Shown: one piece after another, positions 10,257-19,763 of the stretch
Layout of the letters: every line of letters starts with the position of its first letter
Position numbering within the stretch: the stretch's first letter is position 1
Assembly: GCA_038884755.1 (NCBI GenBank)
Contig: JAWABJ010000001.1
Location: forward strand, 128,001-192,000
Length of the DNA: 64,000 nt
Direction: 5' to 3'
DNA from: Candidatus Norongarragalinales archaeon
GTDB taxonomy: Archaea > Micrarchaeota > Micrarchaeia > Norongarragalinales > Norongarragalinaceae
The notes under the pieces: generated by a model
What the model was told of the DNA's origin: nothing
Databases searched by the model: none
Seen by the model: only the letters and a program-made list of their open reading frames with translations
Program-made: the position numbers and the translations under genes

Positions 10257-11045
10257 TTGGTGAAAGAAAACATGGGCAAGGTTTTGACTGAAGCGGATTT
10301 GATAAAGAACGGAAAGCGCAACGACGGCAGGGGTTTTGAGGACTTGCGTCCCATAACCATCAAGGCCGGAGTGCTTAAGCAAGCGACGGGCAGCGCTTTC
10401 GTTGAGTGGGGTAGGAACAAGGTGTACGCGGCCGTTTACGGGCCGCACGAGGTTTTTCCCAAGCACATGACCGACAATTACAAGGCTTTGATAAACGCGC
10501 GCTACATCATGGCGCCGTTCTCCGGGCTGGAAGAGCATAGCCGCAGCGGGCCCAACAGGAGGAGCATTGAAATCTCGAAAGTGGCGAAGCACGTTTTCGA
10601 AAACGTCGTTTTAACCAACCTTTTCCCGAAAACCATGATAGACTTGCATATGGAAGTGATGCAGAGCGACGGCGGCACGCGCGTGGCTTCAATAACCGCG
10701 GCCAGCGTAGCGCTGGCTGACGCGGGGATTCCCATGCGCGATTTGGTTTGCGGGGTTAGCGTGGGAAAGGTTGCAGGCGAGTTGCTCGTGGATTTGGACA
10801 AGTATGAAGATAATCTAGGTGGGAGTGACGTGCCCATGATTTTCGCGCCGAGAAACGGCGAACTGCTTTTGTACCAGATGGACGGCTTGCTTTCCAAGGA
10901 CGAGATAGGCCGGGCTGTCGACATGGGCTTGAACGCGTGCAAGAAAATCCGCATTCTGCAGGAAGAAGCTTTGAAGGAAAAGTACGCTGAAGTTTTCGAA
11001 CAAATCAAAGGTGGAGCAAATGGCAATAATCAAGGAAGTTACTGA
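10257..11045 (+). CDS. rrp41: exosome exonuclease Rrp41
   Basis: RNDGRGFEDLRP, SDGGTRVASI, DLDKYED. Confidence 0.95.
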   Translation: MVKENMGKVLTEADLIKNGKRNDGRGFEDLRPITIKAGVLKQATGSAFVEWGRNKVYAAVYGPHEVFPKHMTDNYKALINARYIMAPFSGLEEHSRSGPNRRSIEISKVAKHVFENVVLTNLFPKTMIDLHMEVMQSDGGTRVASITAASVALADAGIPMRDLVCGVSVGKVAGELLVDLDKYEDNLGGSDVPMIFAPRNGELLLYQMDGLLSKDEIGRAVDMGLNACKKIRILQEEALKEKYAEVFEQIKGGANGNNQGSY

Positions 11046-11805
11046 AGCTTTCATCAAGGACTTGGTGAAGAACGGAAAGCGCCAAGACGGGAGGGATTTC
11101 CTTTCCTACCGTGACGTGCGCGTGGAAAAAGGCGTAATAGAGAACGACGAAGGTTCCGCACTGGCTCAAATCGGAGAAACCAAAGTGCTTTGCGGAATCA
11201 AGTTCGACTTGATGGAACCTTTTCCCGACAGGCCGGACGATGCTGTCGTAATGGTTGGCGCCGAGTTTTCGCCCATGGCGCACCCCGACTTTGAGCCGGG
11301 CCCGCCCAGGGAAGACAGCATAGAGCTCGCGCGCGTTGTTGACCGCGCCATTCGCAGCGCAGATTGCATCGACTCTTCCACGCTTCCGCGCACTGAAGAG
11401 AAGGTCACGGCGATTTTCATTGACCTGCACATACTCGACAACTGCGGTAACTTGATTGACGCCGCTTCGCTTGCTGCGATGGCCGCGCTGAAAAGCACGC
11501 AGGTTCCAAAAATCGACAAGGAAACCGAAAGGCTGGTTCGCGAGGACTTTATCGGGCCCTTGCCTTTGAAGCGAAGCGCTTTGGTCTGCTCTTTCGAGAA
11601 AATCGCGGGGAGGACGGTCGTGGACGCTAACGAAGAAGAGGAAATGGCGAGCGACGGGAGAATGAGCATTGGCGTGACTGACGACGGTTTCGTGTGCTGC
11701 GGCCAAAAGTCTGGAGCTGCAGGCTTTTCGAAGCAAGAGCTGCTTGACTTGATAGACCTTTCGTTGGAGAAATCCCAGTATTTGTTCAAAGCGATTGAAG
11801 GGTGA
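11020..11805 (+). CDS. rrp42: exosome subunit Rrp42
   Basis: RQDGRDFLSYR, FEPGPPRE, IELARVVDRAIR. Confidence 0.95.
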   Translation: MAIIKEVTEAFIKDLVKNGKRQDGRDFLSYRDVRVEKGVIENDEGSALAQIGETKVLCGIKFDLMEPFPDRPDDAVVMVGAEFSPMAHPDFEPGPPREDSIELARVVDRAIRSADCIDSSTLPRTEEKVTAIFIDLHILDNCGNLIDAASLAAMAALKSTQVPKIDKETERLVREDFIGPLPLKRSALVCSFEKIAGRTVVDANEEEEMASDGRMSIGVTDDGFVCCGQKSGAAGFSKQELLDLIDLSLEKSQYLFKAIEG

Positions 11806-12028
11806 TGTTGCAGTGTCGGTCCGTTATGGCGTTAAACTCAGGAAAAAGCACGAGGAAATAAGGAAAAAGCAGAACCTGCTTTACGCCTGCCCCAAGTGCG
11901 GCAAAAAGCGAGTCAAGCGAATAGACTTTGCCCAGTGGCGCTGCAAATCCTGCGGAGTAGTCTTTGCCGGCGGCGCTTTCGAGCCTTTCACGAGCGTGGG
12001 CGCGTCTGCGGCCAAAGCTTCCGAGTGA
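11795..12028 (+). CDS. rpl37ae: ribosomal protein eL43 (L37ae)
   Basis: RYGVKLRK, CPKC...WRCKSC zinc ribbon, FAGGAF; start uncertain. Confidence 0.9.
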   Translation: MKGDVAVSVRYGVKLRKKHEEIRKKQNLLYACPKCGKKRVKRIDFAQWRCKSCGVVFAGGAFEPFTSVGASAAKASE

Positions 12029-12044
12029 AAAGGGGTAATGGGCG

Positions 12045-12899
12045 TTGGCGGAATTCCTGTTATTTTCTGCCTCGTTTCCCGACGCGAAATTCGAGGAAAA
12101 GCTCGAGGACTTGAAGCGCGACAAGGTTTTTTCTTTCGTGAAAAACGCGCGAAGCGTATGCTGGGTCAAGATGTTCGACTACGCTCCCGTCGACAAGGGC
12201 GGGATAGAAAAAATCGCTTTTTCTTACTACGGAAAGCCCAAGAGCGTAAGCGAAATAGCCTCGATTCTTTCTTCGATAAAACCCGGCGTGCTGGAAGGGC
12301 AGTTGCGCCAATTCGTCAAAGCAAAGCCGGCGGAAAGCGTGGATTTGGAGAATGTGAAGAAAGCGAAAGGCGATGCTGTGGACTTCGCTTTCGCGTATTT
12401 CTTTTTTTGCTTGTGGAAAAGCGTTTTTCCGGAAAGCGTTTCTTTTGCCGGCAAAGGCAACCCTTCGGCGAAGGAAGTGCGCTTTGCGGCGCATACGGCA
12501 GATTGGACTGCAGTCAAGAAAGTGGACTTGGGCAAGGCGGAAGACAAGGAAGTGTTGTTCGCGTTGGCAGGAGTTTTTAACACTCTAAACCGCAAACTGC
12601 CTAAGCATGCCGCGGACGATGCGGAGGGATTCGAGAGTTTCGTTTCTTCCTTCCTCAATTCCTTTCCGCTGCGAAAGAGTTTTGCCAAGCTGCCGGTTTT
12701 GCTCAATGAAGCTTTGAAGAACGAAGAGAAAATACCTCAATTCGGCTCTAGCCCCTCACTTAAAGAATTGTTTTTCCTGCGTTGTTTCGAACATGCGGGT
12801 TTTCCGCCTTTCGTTTCGCTCGATGCGATTGCAGGAGTTTATCCAGAGCTGAAAATTCCCAAGCCGCGGGGCAATTTCGGCGGCGGGAAAAAAAAATGA
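12045..12899 (+). CDS. conserved archaeal hypothetical protein (possibly DUF2666-like)
   Basis: 284 aa ORF; FAAHTADWTAVKK and YPELKIPKPRG resemble that family from memory only. Confidence 0.55.
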   Translation: MAEFLLFSASFPDAKFEEKLEDLKRDKVFSFVKNARSVCWVKMFDYAPVDKGGIEKIAFSYYGKPKSVSEIASILSSIKPGVLEGQLRQFVKAKPAESVDLENVKKAKGDAVDFAFAYFFFCLWKSVFPESVSFAGKGNPSAKEVRFAAHTADWTAVKKVDLGKAEDKEVLFALAGVFNTLNRKLPKHAADDAEGFESFVSSFLNSFPLRKSFAKLPVLLNEALKNEEKIPQFGSSPSLKELFFLRCFEHAGFPPFVSLDAIAGVYPELKIPKPRGNFGGGKKK

Positions 12900-12978
12900 T
12901 TTTCTGCTTTACACGAGTCTGGACGTTCTATTTTTATCCAAGAGTAGTGCAGAATTAATGCATAAGAAAAGCAGTTTT

Positions 12979-13051
12979 GGGGGATTGGGGTAGCCTGGCA
13001 TCCTGCGAGCTTCGGGAGTTCGCGACCTGAGTTCGAATCTCAGATCCCCCA
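12979..13051 (+). tRNA. tRNA-Pro(CGG), no intron
   Basis: Acceptor GGGGGAT/ATCCCCC, anticodon loop TT-CGG-GA, T arm CTGAG TTCGAAT CTCAG. Confidence 0.93.
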
Positions 13052-13061
13052 TCAAACGCAA

Positions 13062-14498
13062 TCACATTTTTTCGATGTCTTGGAGCGAGACTTTCGGCGA
13101 AGGGGTTTTCGCGGGAAGGCCGTAGGAAGGAGGCTGACGTTTTTTGTACAAGTAGTACGCTCCTCCCGCGATGGCCAAAACCACGAGAAGCAACACGCCG
13201 ATTGTCACGAAGTCGATTTCGTTTTCCCGAGGCTGGAGGTTTTGCACGTTGGCCGCTATTACCGTGGCGTTTTGCCCTATTCCCGCCATGTCGACAATTT
13301 CGATGTTGCCGTTGCCCAACGCGCTTTCGCCTTCGCGCAAGGCGATTTTCACGTTTTGCAGTTGCGTGTTGTAGTCGGCAATTCTCCCGTCGGTCGGCCC
13401 GAAGCGCTGGGAAGCGTTTTGAATCGCTTGCTCGGCGTTTTGGATTGAAACCCTGGCGTCAAGGTATTGGGTGAGTGCGGTTTTGTACCTCTCGACTTTT
13501 TGAGCGAGGGCTTGCGACTGGTTTTCGAACTCGGGCCTTCCCACAGCGTTGCGCAGGTTCTCAGCCTCGGTCTTCAACTTTTTCAAATCAATCCCGTACG
13601 CGCTGAAGTTTCGGGCCAGGGCGTCGGCTTGGCTCGCCAAATCGCCGGCAGTCGCGCTCGCACCTGTTTTAATCTTGTTTTGCCTCGCTTCTTGCGCCCG
13701 TTCTTTCGTCCTGTTTTTCACGGTTTCCTTCAACGCAGAAGGAGAGTCAAACTTGCTGGGCCCCACTAAAGCGAGGACAGCGTCTATTTTCGCGGTGACG
13801 TTGGCGTCGGAATCGCACTTGCTGTCCACGCCTTTCACCCTGTACGCGTAAGGGTTGCTGCTAGTCGCATTCAAGTACGCTTCGTAGAATTCTGGATACT
13901 GCGCTTTTACTGGCGCAAAGCTTTCTCGAATGACTTTTGCAGAAGAGAGAGCTTTTTCCTCGTCGCTTCCCGAAGATTCCAGCGCGTCAACCCCCTGCTT
14001 CACTATATTCCAGTCTTTTTCGAAAGCCGCGCTGTTGTTGTGGATGAACCAAATCGCCCCCCACTCCTTTGGAAAGTGGAATCGGTCGTAGCGGACGTTG
14101 AACTTGACGTAAACCCCGCCGCGGGTGAGGTTGAAAGAAAACCACTTCGAGCCGGTCAGGCACTTGTCTATCGCGTCCCTCGTAGAGTTGAACTCGGAAA
14201 CGACTTGCGGGATTATTTCCTGCAGGTCTTCGAAAGCCTGTTCCGAATAAGCGTCCATGGCCTTTTCTATTTCGCTGGGATTCTGCAAAACGAGAAATTC
14301 TTCCCCGCTTTTCTTCAAAACCGCGGTTTCCACGCCGTTGACTAAAACCATGTAGTGCCCGTCGAACTCTACCGCCGAAGCTTGTTCGCCCTCGCGGGCA
14401 AAGAAAGACGCTTCCTCTTCGACCGTAAACGCGAAAGCGCTTGCCGCCAAAGCCAGAAGCGCCAGAAGCGGAAAAGCGTTCTTTGGGGTTGAAACCAT
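13062..14498 (-). CDS. secreted, C-terminally anchored helical/coiled-coil protein
   Basis: Signal peptide LLALLALAASAFA; C-terminal TM followed by KKR. Confidence 0.75.
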   Translation of the reverse strand: MVSTPKNAFPLLALLALAASAFAFTVEEEASFFAREGEQASAVEFDGHYMVLVNGVETAVLKKSGEEFLVLQNPSEIEKAMDAYSEQAFEDLQEIIPQVVSEFNSTRDAIDKCLTGSKWFSFNLTRGGVYVKFNVRYDRFHFPKEWGAIWFIHNNSAAFEKDWNIVKQGVDALESSGSDEEKALSSAKVIRESFAPVKAQYPEFYEAYLNATSSNPYAYRVKGVDSKCDSDANVTAKIDAVLALVGPSKFDSPSALKETVKNRTKERAQEARQNKIKTGASATAGDLASQADALARNFSAYGIDLKKLKTEAENLRNAVGRPEFENQSQALAQKVERYKTALTQYLDARVSIQNAEQAIQNASQRFGPTDGRIADYNTQLQNVKIALREGESALGNGNIEIVDMAGIGQNATVIAANVQNLQPRENEIDFVTIGVLLLVVLAIAGGAYYLYKKRQPPSYGLPAKTPSPKVSLQDIEKM

Positions 14499-14578
14499 GA
14501 AATTTTAAAGCATAAAAACCATTTAAATGCTGTTGTCCCGCTGTAGCTCAATCTGGCAGAGCACCTGACTGTAGCCTG

Positions 14579-14618
14579 CGATTTTTCTTTAAAAAAAGAA
14601 AAATCGAGTAAAGAAAAA
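14579..14618 (+). repeat. hairpin + purine mirror element, copy 1 (Tyr 37/38 intron)
   Basis: CGATTTTTCTTT-AAAA-AAAGAAAAATCG-AGT-AAAGAAAAA. Confidence 0.85.
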
Positions 14619-14660
14619 CGAAATTTCACGTGTGGAAATCAGGGTGTTGCCAGTTCAAAC

Positions 14661-14699
14661 AACCTTTCTTTCGCGAAAGAAACGTTGACGAAAGAAAGG
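14661..14699 (+). repeat. element copy 2 (Tyr 59/60 intron)
   Basis: AACCTTTCTTTC-GC-GAAAGAAA-cgttgacg-AAAGAAAGG. Confidence 0.8.
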
Positions 14700-14770
14700 C
14701 CTGAAAGTCTGGCCAGCGGGACTTTCTAATTCACAAGAAATAAAAGCGTTAGAAAAAAAGTTTTTAAGCT

Positions 14771-14895
14771 GCCTTGGTAGTGTAGTGGTCTAGCATGCCA
14801 GCCTGTCACGCTGGCGACCCGGGTTCGAATTGAACAGCGCTGCGCGCTGTAACTCTTCGCTCGTCGAAGAACTCGCGAATATCCCGGCCAAGGCG
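14771..14895 (+). tRNA. tRNA-Asp(GTC) with intron at 59/60 (14830-14881)
   Basis: Acceptor GCCTTGG/CCAAGGC; CCAGC CT GTC AC GCTGG; BHB helix TTCG/CGAA. Confidence 0.92.
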
Positions 14896-14977
14896 CTTCT
14901 TTTTTTTCGTTACTTTCGCCTTAAACAAAAAATTTAAATGCCGTTTTTCGTTTTCTTCTTCAAAAGGTAGTGTTTGG

Positions 14978-15559
14978 ATGGAAGCAAAATTCAAGATTCT
15001 CGCGGTTTGGGTTGCAATCGCGCTTTTGGTTTACTTTATCGGCGTAAGCATGCCTGCGCAGCAGCAGACGGTTTTTTACGTGAGCAGCTTCGGTTTTCTC
15101 GCGCTGCTTACGCTTTGCTTGGTTTTGCTAATCCCCCCGATAGTGCGCTGGCAAAACAACTCGTTCACGCGCTTTCTTCTAGTGAATAGGCGTTGGGTTG
15201 GGCTTTCGGCGTTCTTGTTCGCTTTGACTCACATTGCGCTCGTATACCACTTTTTCTTCGCTTGGGACATTCTCAAGCCGTTGAGCCTTCCCAACAGCCT
15301 TTTCCTTAATCTCGGTGCAGTAGCATTCCTGATTCTAGCGCTAATGGCCGCGACATCCAACGACTTTTCGGTCAGCGCGCTGGGCAAGAATTGGAAGCGC
15401 TTGCACTTGTTCGTGTACTTGGCGTTCGCGCTGGTTTTGATTCACGGGTTCAACATAGGCCTGGTTTACTTTAAAGAGCAGGCAGTGCAAATCTCTATAG
15501 CCGTGCTGGTGGTTCTCATAGCGCTTTTCAAGACGGGCATCGTGAAAATCGGCAATTAA
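14978..15559 (+). CDS. ferric reductase-like transmembrane protein (MsrQ/YedZ-like)
   Basis: RRWVGL...H, ATSND, WKRLH..VY...H heme-ligand pattern. Confidence 0.8.
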   Translation: MEAKFKILAVWVAIALLVYFIGVSMPAQQQTVFYVSSFGFLALLTLCLVLLIPPIVRWQNNSFTRFLLVNRRWVGLSAFLFALTHIALVYHFFFAWDILKPLSLPNSLFLNLGAVAFLILALMAATSNDFSVSALGKNWKRLHLFVYLAFALVLIHGFNIGLVYFKEQAVQISIAVLVVLIALFKTGIVKIGN

Positions 15560-15608
15560 AGCGATATGCTATTAATCGCTTTTTGCTTTACGACTTTAGA
15601 GGGATGTC

Positions 15609-18137
15609 TTGAGGTTTCGCGCGCAAGCTGCTTTCGAGTACATGATTCTCCTTGCGGGAGTGCTTTTGATTGCGGTTATTGGTCTTGTCGTCTTCCGCAG
15701 TTTTATCTTTGCCCCCGCTTCTCAAAGTGTTGAAGCTACTAACTGCTGGGCTCGGCTTGCTAAAGATTCCAATTGTTATATCGGCGCGCAGTGGAATGCT
15801 TGCGGTCAAGTAGACCGCTTTAAATACGTTTTGCCCGACGGTAGTTTTTGCGCTTCTTTGCAAACGCCGCAAGGCTGTGTAGGCAATCTTCCTGCAAACA
15901 AGTTGTGGTGTGGGGAGGTTGGAATTCAAATTCAAGTTCAAGGCTCTCCTTCGCCGTCTGTTTTACCTTCAGCTTCGCCTAGCGTTTCTCCAAGCGCGTC
16001 TGCTTCGCCCAGCGCTTCTCCTTCGCCAAGCTCGTCTCCCTCGCCTAGCCCCTCCCCTTCTCCTGGAGGAACTTACTACGCTTCAATAACAGTCCAGCCT
16101 TCTGTCGAGCAAGGCGATTTTCCGAAAGCTGTTTTCGGCCACCAAAACAATTTCATTACGACAAAAAGTTTTAATGACAATTACGACAAGAGCAATTCTT
16201 CAAGCACGGTTTTCAAGCAATCGGTAATCAACGCCTTGCAGCCTTTGAAAATCCCGAGTTTTCGCTTTTCAAGCGGCTTGTTTTCCGACTTGTACAAGTG
16301 GGACGAGGCGATAGGCCCGTTGAGCACGAGGAGTTCTTGGAATTACTTCTGGCCTAACGGAATGAAGTTCGGGACGGACGAGATTTTGAAAGGCTATTCT
16401 GAAATCAACCCGCAAGCCCAGGTTATAGTTACCCTCAACGCCAGGCTGCAACCGACTGATTATGCAGTGAGAATGGCTGGAGACTGGATTGAGTACTTGA
16501 ACGGAATCGTTCCCGGGAAAACAACCGGATGGACGGTGAACGATTGGCTGACCATTGCCGGAAACTCGTCTTGCTATCCTTTGAACCAAACTCCTTCGGC
16601 CAAAGTATGCTATCGTCCTGGCGTAATGCCTCAAGGGTATTACGCTTGGCTTCGCTCGCAACCGGAGTACGGCAATCGCTTTGCCCCTTACGGTATAACT
16701 TACTTTGAAGTGGGCAATGAAGTGAACGACGCGTACGGCGGGTATCCCGCTTACAGCCCTGCGCAGTACGCTAGCGTTTTGAATTCTTTCGGAGCTTTGA
16801 AGCAAAATTATTCCAACATCAAGCTGGGCGGGGTTTTGGCTTTAGGCTACTCTCAATGGAACGACGCTGTAGTGCAGCAAGCCAAAGCTTGCGTTCAAAG
16901 CGGAACGCCTTGCGTTGATTTCTTGATTCCGCATTATTACGGGGGCGGGGGTAATCTCGATTACGTGAACATGGGGTGGAACATGAACGTTTCCTCTCCC
17001 GTTTTCCCTGTCTCTCAAGCCCAGCAGTTGAGGATAAGAGCGCACGGAAGCGATTGCGGCAACCCTTCCCAACAGCAAGACTGGCCTCACATGGTAGTGA
17101 AAATGGACGGCCAGCAGGTTTACGAAACATACGTCCAAACGCCAAACTACGACTTTTGGAATTCAAGCTCGTGGTATTACTACCCCCGGCAAGGAGAGCA
17201 GCCTATCAGCGTCCCTCAAGGCAATCATTCGGTTGAATTGATTTTCGACAACGACTGTTACATGCCGCAAACGGGCGCAAACCGCAATTTGTACGTAGAG
17301 CGAGTGCAGTTAATGCCTTCGGGCAGCGTCGTTGAATTGATTTCGCCTCAGGATTTTGCGAAGGAAGCGAGCGCGCAAGCGAAAGCATTCGGAGATGATT
17401 TGATTGCAATCGATGCTGTAGAGCAACAGCCTCCTTCGATAAACCTTCCTTATTTCCTGACTGAATTCAACACTGCTTTCGTTTTGCAAGACCCGTTCAG
17501 GGGGCAGAGGGTTTTGCCTTACGACGAATTGGACAAGACGATGCTCTCTTCGTTTTTTGTTGTGCCGGCATTGTCTTACTTGCTCGACCACAACGCCGGC
17601 GGGGCTTACTACTACTTGATGCAAGAACTGGTTTTCACTCTGCGGCTTAGCTTGCTTGCCTTTACAGGAGACGTTCCTGGCAGCGACCAGAATGCCGTCG
17701 GAAATGCGTATGGCAACGCGAATTACATGTTTTACAGCACGATGGCTGACGACGAGAGCTGGAAGAAAATTTCGTACAGCGTGGACACACCGAAATACGC
17801 CAGCATTTTCTACCTAACCCCGACGGAAACGGACGTTCCTCTAGTCAGGGCTTGGGCAGTCAAAACCCAGTCGGGAAAAATCAGGATAACGGTTTCCTAC
17901 GTTGGCGAAAAGCCGTTGGATTTGAATTTGAATATAGCGAATTACGCTATTTCCGGAACGGTGGATATAACGCAATTGCACAACGATGCGCTAACAGCGT
18001 TCAACAGCCACGATGGAAGCGGGAACATAGACTGGAAGATCGTCCCCCAGATTTCGCAACAGCCGGGCATAACGAACAACCACACTTTTTCCGTGCCGCC
18101 GTTTTCCATAGTGACGTTCACTTACTACCCGCAGTGA
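15609..18137 (+). CDS. class III signal peptide protein with Ser/Pro linker and clan GH-A (GH51-like) glycoside hydrolase containing an inserted CBM-like module
   Basis: RAQAAFEYMILL prepilin-type signal; YKWDEAIGP, FGTDE, YFEVGNE, IPHYY, LTEFN; DND..NRNLYVERV. Confidence 0.75.
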   Translation: MRFRAQAAFEYMILLAGVLLIAVIGLVVFRSFIFAPASQSVEATNCWARLAKDSNCYIGAQWNACGQVDRFKYVLPDGSFCASLQTPQGCVGNLPANKLWCGEVGIQIQVQGSPSPSVLPSASPSVSPSASASPSASPSPSSSPSPSPSPSPGGTYYASITVQPSVEQGDFPKAVFGHQNNFITTKSFNDNYDKSNSSSTVFKQSVINALQPLKIPSFRFSSGLFSDLYKWDEAIGPLSTRSSWNYFWPNGMKFGTDEILKGYSEINPQAQVIVTLNARLQPTDYAVRMAGDWIEYLNGIVPGKTTGWTVNDWLTIAGNSSCYPLNQTPSAKVCYRPGVMPQGYYAWLRSQPEYGNRFAPYGITYFEVGNEVNDAYGGYPAYSPAQYASVLNSFGALKQNYSNIKLGGVLALGYSQWNDAVVQQAKACVQSGTPCVDFLIPHYYGGGGNLDYVNMGWNMNVSSPVFPVSQAQQLRIRAHGSDCGNPSQQQDWPHMVVKMDGQQVYETYVQTPNYDFWNSSSWYYYPRQGEQPISVPQGNHSVELIFDNDCYMPQTGANRNLYVERVQLMPSGSVVELISPQDFAKEASAQAKAFGDDLIAIDAVEQQPPSINLPYFLTEFNTAFVLQDPFRGQRVLPYDELDKTMLSSFFVVPALSYLLDHNAGGAYYYLMQELVFTLRLSLLAFTGDVPGSDQNAVGNAYGNANYMFYSTMADDESWKKISYSVDTPKYASIFYLTPTETDVPLVRAWAVKTQSGKIRITVSYVGEKPLDLNLNIANYAISGTVDITQLHNDALTAFNSHDGSGNIDWKIVPQISQQPGITNNHTFSVPPFSIVTFTYYPQ

Positions 18138-18138
18138 A

Positions 18139-19098
18139 TTACGCTTCGTTGCACGGGAAGATTTCGGTTTCGTTGATGTACTTGTAAGCGCTGTACACCG
18201 CTAAAACCCCCTCGCCCACGCCCGTGATGGCTTGCTTGAAGCGCGTGTCTCCCACGTCTCCCGCAGCGAACACGCCCGCAACGTTGGTTTCCGAATCGCG
18301 GTTTATCACTATCTCGCCGCGGTCGTTAGTCTTGACGCCTATTTCTTTTGCTAATGCGCTCAACGGAATGTGGCCTATTTCGAGGAAAAGAGCGTCGGTA
18401 GCGAATTCCTTTTTGCCTTCGAAAGGCTTGTCCAAAACCAATTTAGTGATTTTCTTGCCGTCGCCCTTGACTTCGACGATGCGCATTTTGGTTGCGACAG
18501 TGATTTTCTTGTTTTTCTTCACCCTCTCGCCGTTTATGGGCTCGGGCTTGAGTTCTTCGCCCCGTACGAAAATCACGACGCGCTTTGCGAATTGCGTGAG
18601 CAGCAACGCTTCCTTGGCGGCGCTGTCGCCCCCGCCAACGACCGCAACAGTCTTGTCTTGGTATATTGGCCCGTCGCATAACGCGCAAGAGTGCACTCCC
18701 CTGTTCCAATACTCTTTCTCTCCGGGTACGCCCAGCTTTCTTATTTCCGTTCCTGTTGCAAACAGCACGGTTTTGGAATTGTATTTTTTTCCATCCGCAT
18801 AGACGAGCCAGCTGTTTCCGCACGCTTCGACTTTCTCGGCTTTTTCGTCTATAATCTCCACGAATTTGGAGTAGTCGAGGGCGTGCTCTTCCATTTTCTG
18901 CGCCAGTTCCAAGCCCGTAAGCCTTTTGAAGCCGGGATAGTTTTCCACCACGTCCGTAAGCGCGATGGTGCCGTATCGCGTTCCGGCGATTACGAGCGTT
19001 TTGAGGTTCAATCGCCCTGCGTACATTGCGCTGGCCAACCCTACTATCCCGCCGCCTATGATTATCAAGTCGTAAAGCTTTGCCATTGGAAATCCCAA
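18139..19098 (-). CDS. trxB: thioredoxin reductase
   Basis: GGGIVG, VENYPG, CALCDG, GGGDSA, GVFAAGD. Confidence 0.92.
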   Translation of the reverse strand: MGFPMAKLYDLIIIGGGIVGLASAMYAGRLNLKTLVIAGTRYGTIALTDVVENYPGFKRLTGLELAQKMEEHALDYSKFVEIIDEKAEKVEACGNSWLVYADGKKYNSKTVLFATGTEIRKLGVPGEKEYWNRGVHSCALCDGPIYQDKTVAVVGGGDSAAKEALLLTQFAKRVVIFVRGEELKPEPINGERVKKNKKITVATKMRIVEVKGDGKKITKLVLDKPFEGKKEFATDALFLEIGHIPLSALAKEIGVKTNDRGEIVINRDSETNVAGVFAAGDVGDTRFKQAITGVGEGVLAVYSAYKYINETEIFPCNEA

Positions 19099-19139
19099 TT
19101 TGTTTTAAAAGACAAGCGTTTTTTACTTATCGTTTAACC

Positions 19140-19763
19140 TTGAAAAATTCTGGTTTACTGGCAAGGAGGATTTTCGAGCTGAAAAAATCGCCTTTAGGCG
19201 CTAGAGTGAAGGCGAGGCTTAAGGAGCTAGAGAATAATCCCGACTGGTTTTCGGAATTGTGCTTTTGCATTTCCACCGCCAACGCGTCTTCCGAAGCCGG
19301 GTTGCGGTTTCAGGAAAAGTCGAAAGGCAAATTGCATTCGGCAAGCTCGAGGCAAATAGAAAAGTGGCTGGGCGAAAGCGGCTGTCGTTTTTACAGGAAC
19401 AAGGCGAAGTTCATAGTCCTCGCGCGAGGCTGTTTCGACCACGCTTCGCTGAAGCAGCGCGTTTGCGCTTTCAAAAGCGAGCGCGAAGCCCGCGAGTGGA
19501 TCGTGAAAAACGTGAAGGGCTTGGGGTGGAAGGAAGCCAGCCATTTCTTGCGCAATGTCGGCTTTAACGGCGTAGCCATAATCGACAGGCACGTTTTGAA
19601 CACGCTCAAGGAATACGGCGTAATCAGCGATACGAAATTGACGCCGAAAAAATACTTGCTTATCGAAAGAAAGCTTGAAGCGTTGTGCAAAAAAACCGGA
19701 TTAACGCAGGGAGAGTTGGATTTCTACTTGTGGTTTTTGAAGACCGGGAAAGTGCACAAGTAA
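19140..19763 (+). CDS. ogg: 8-oxoguanine DNA glycosylase/AP lyase (Ogg2 type)
   Basis: ELCFCISTAN, KGLGWKEASHFLRNVG, AIIDRH, C-terminal TGKVHK. Confidence 0.92.
   Translation: MKNSGLLARRIFELKKSPLGARVKARLKELENNPDWFSELCFCISTANASSEAGLRFQEKSKGKLHSASSRQIEKWLGESGCRFYRNKAKFIVLARGCFDHASLKQRVCAFKSEREAREWIVKNVKGLGWKEASHFLRNVGFNGVAIIDRHVLNTLKEYGVISDTKLTPKKYLLIERKLEALCKKTGLTQGELDFYLWFLKTGKVHK

Larger units (their letters stand above)
14537..14721 (+). tRNA. tRNA-Tyr(GTA) with introns at 37/38 (14575-14637) and 59/60 (14660-14707)
   Basis: Acceptor CCCGCTG/CAGCGGG; CCTGA CT GTA G|A TCAGG; T-loop BHB TTCA/TGAA with AAC and AGT bulges. Confidence 0.9.

Noticed and set aside
12902..12955. Possible hairpin RNA before tRNA-Pro(CGG)
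   Set aside because: Only short interrupted stems (TTCTGC/GCAGAA, TGGA/TCCA); this may simply be promoter sequence.
13052..18137. Provirus or integrated element at the tRNA cluster
   Set aside because: No integrase, att duplication or viral hallmark gene was seen.
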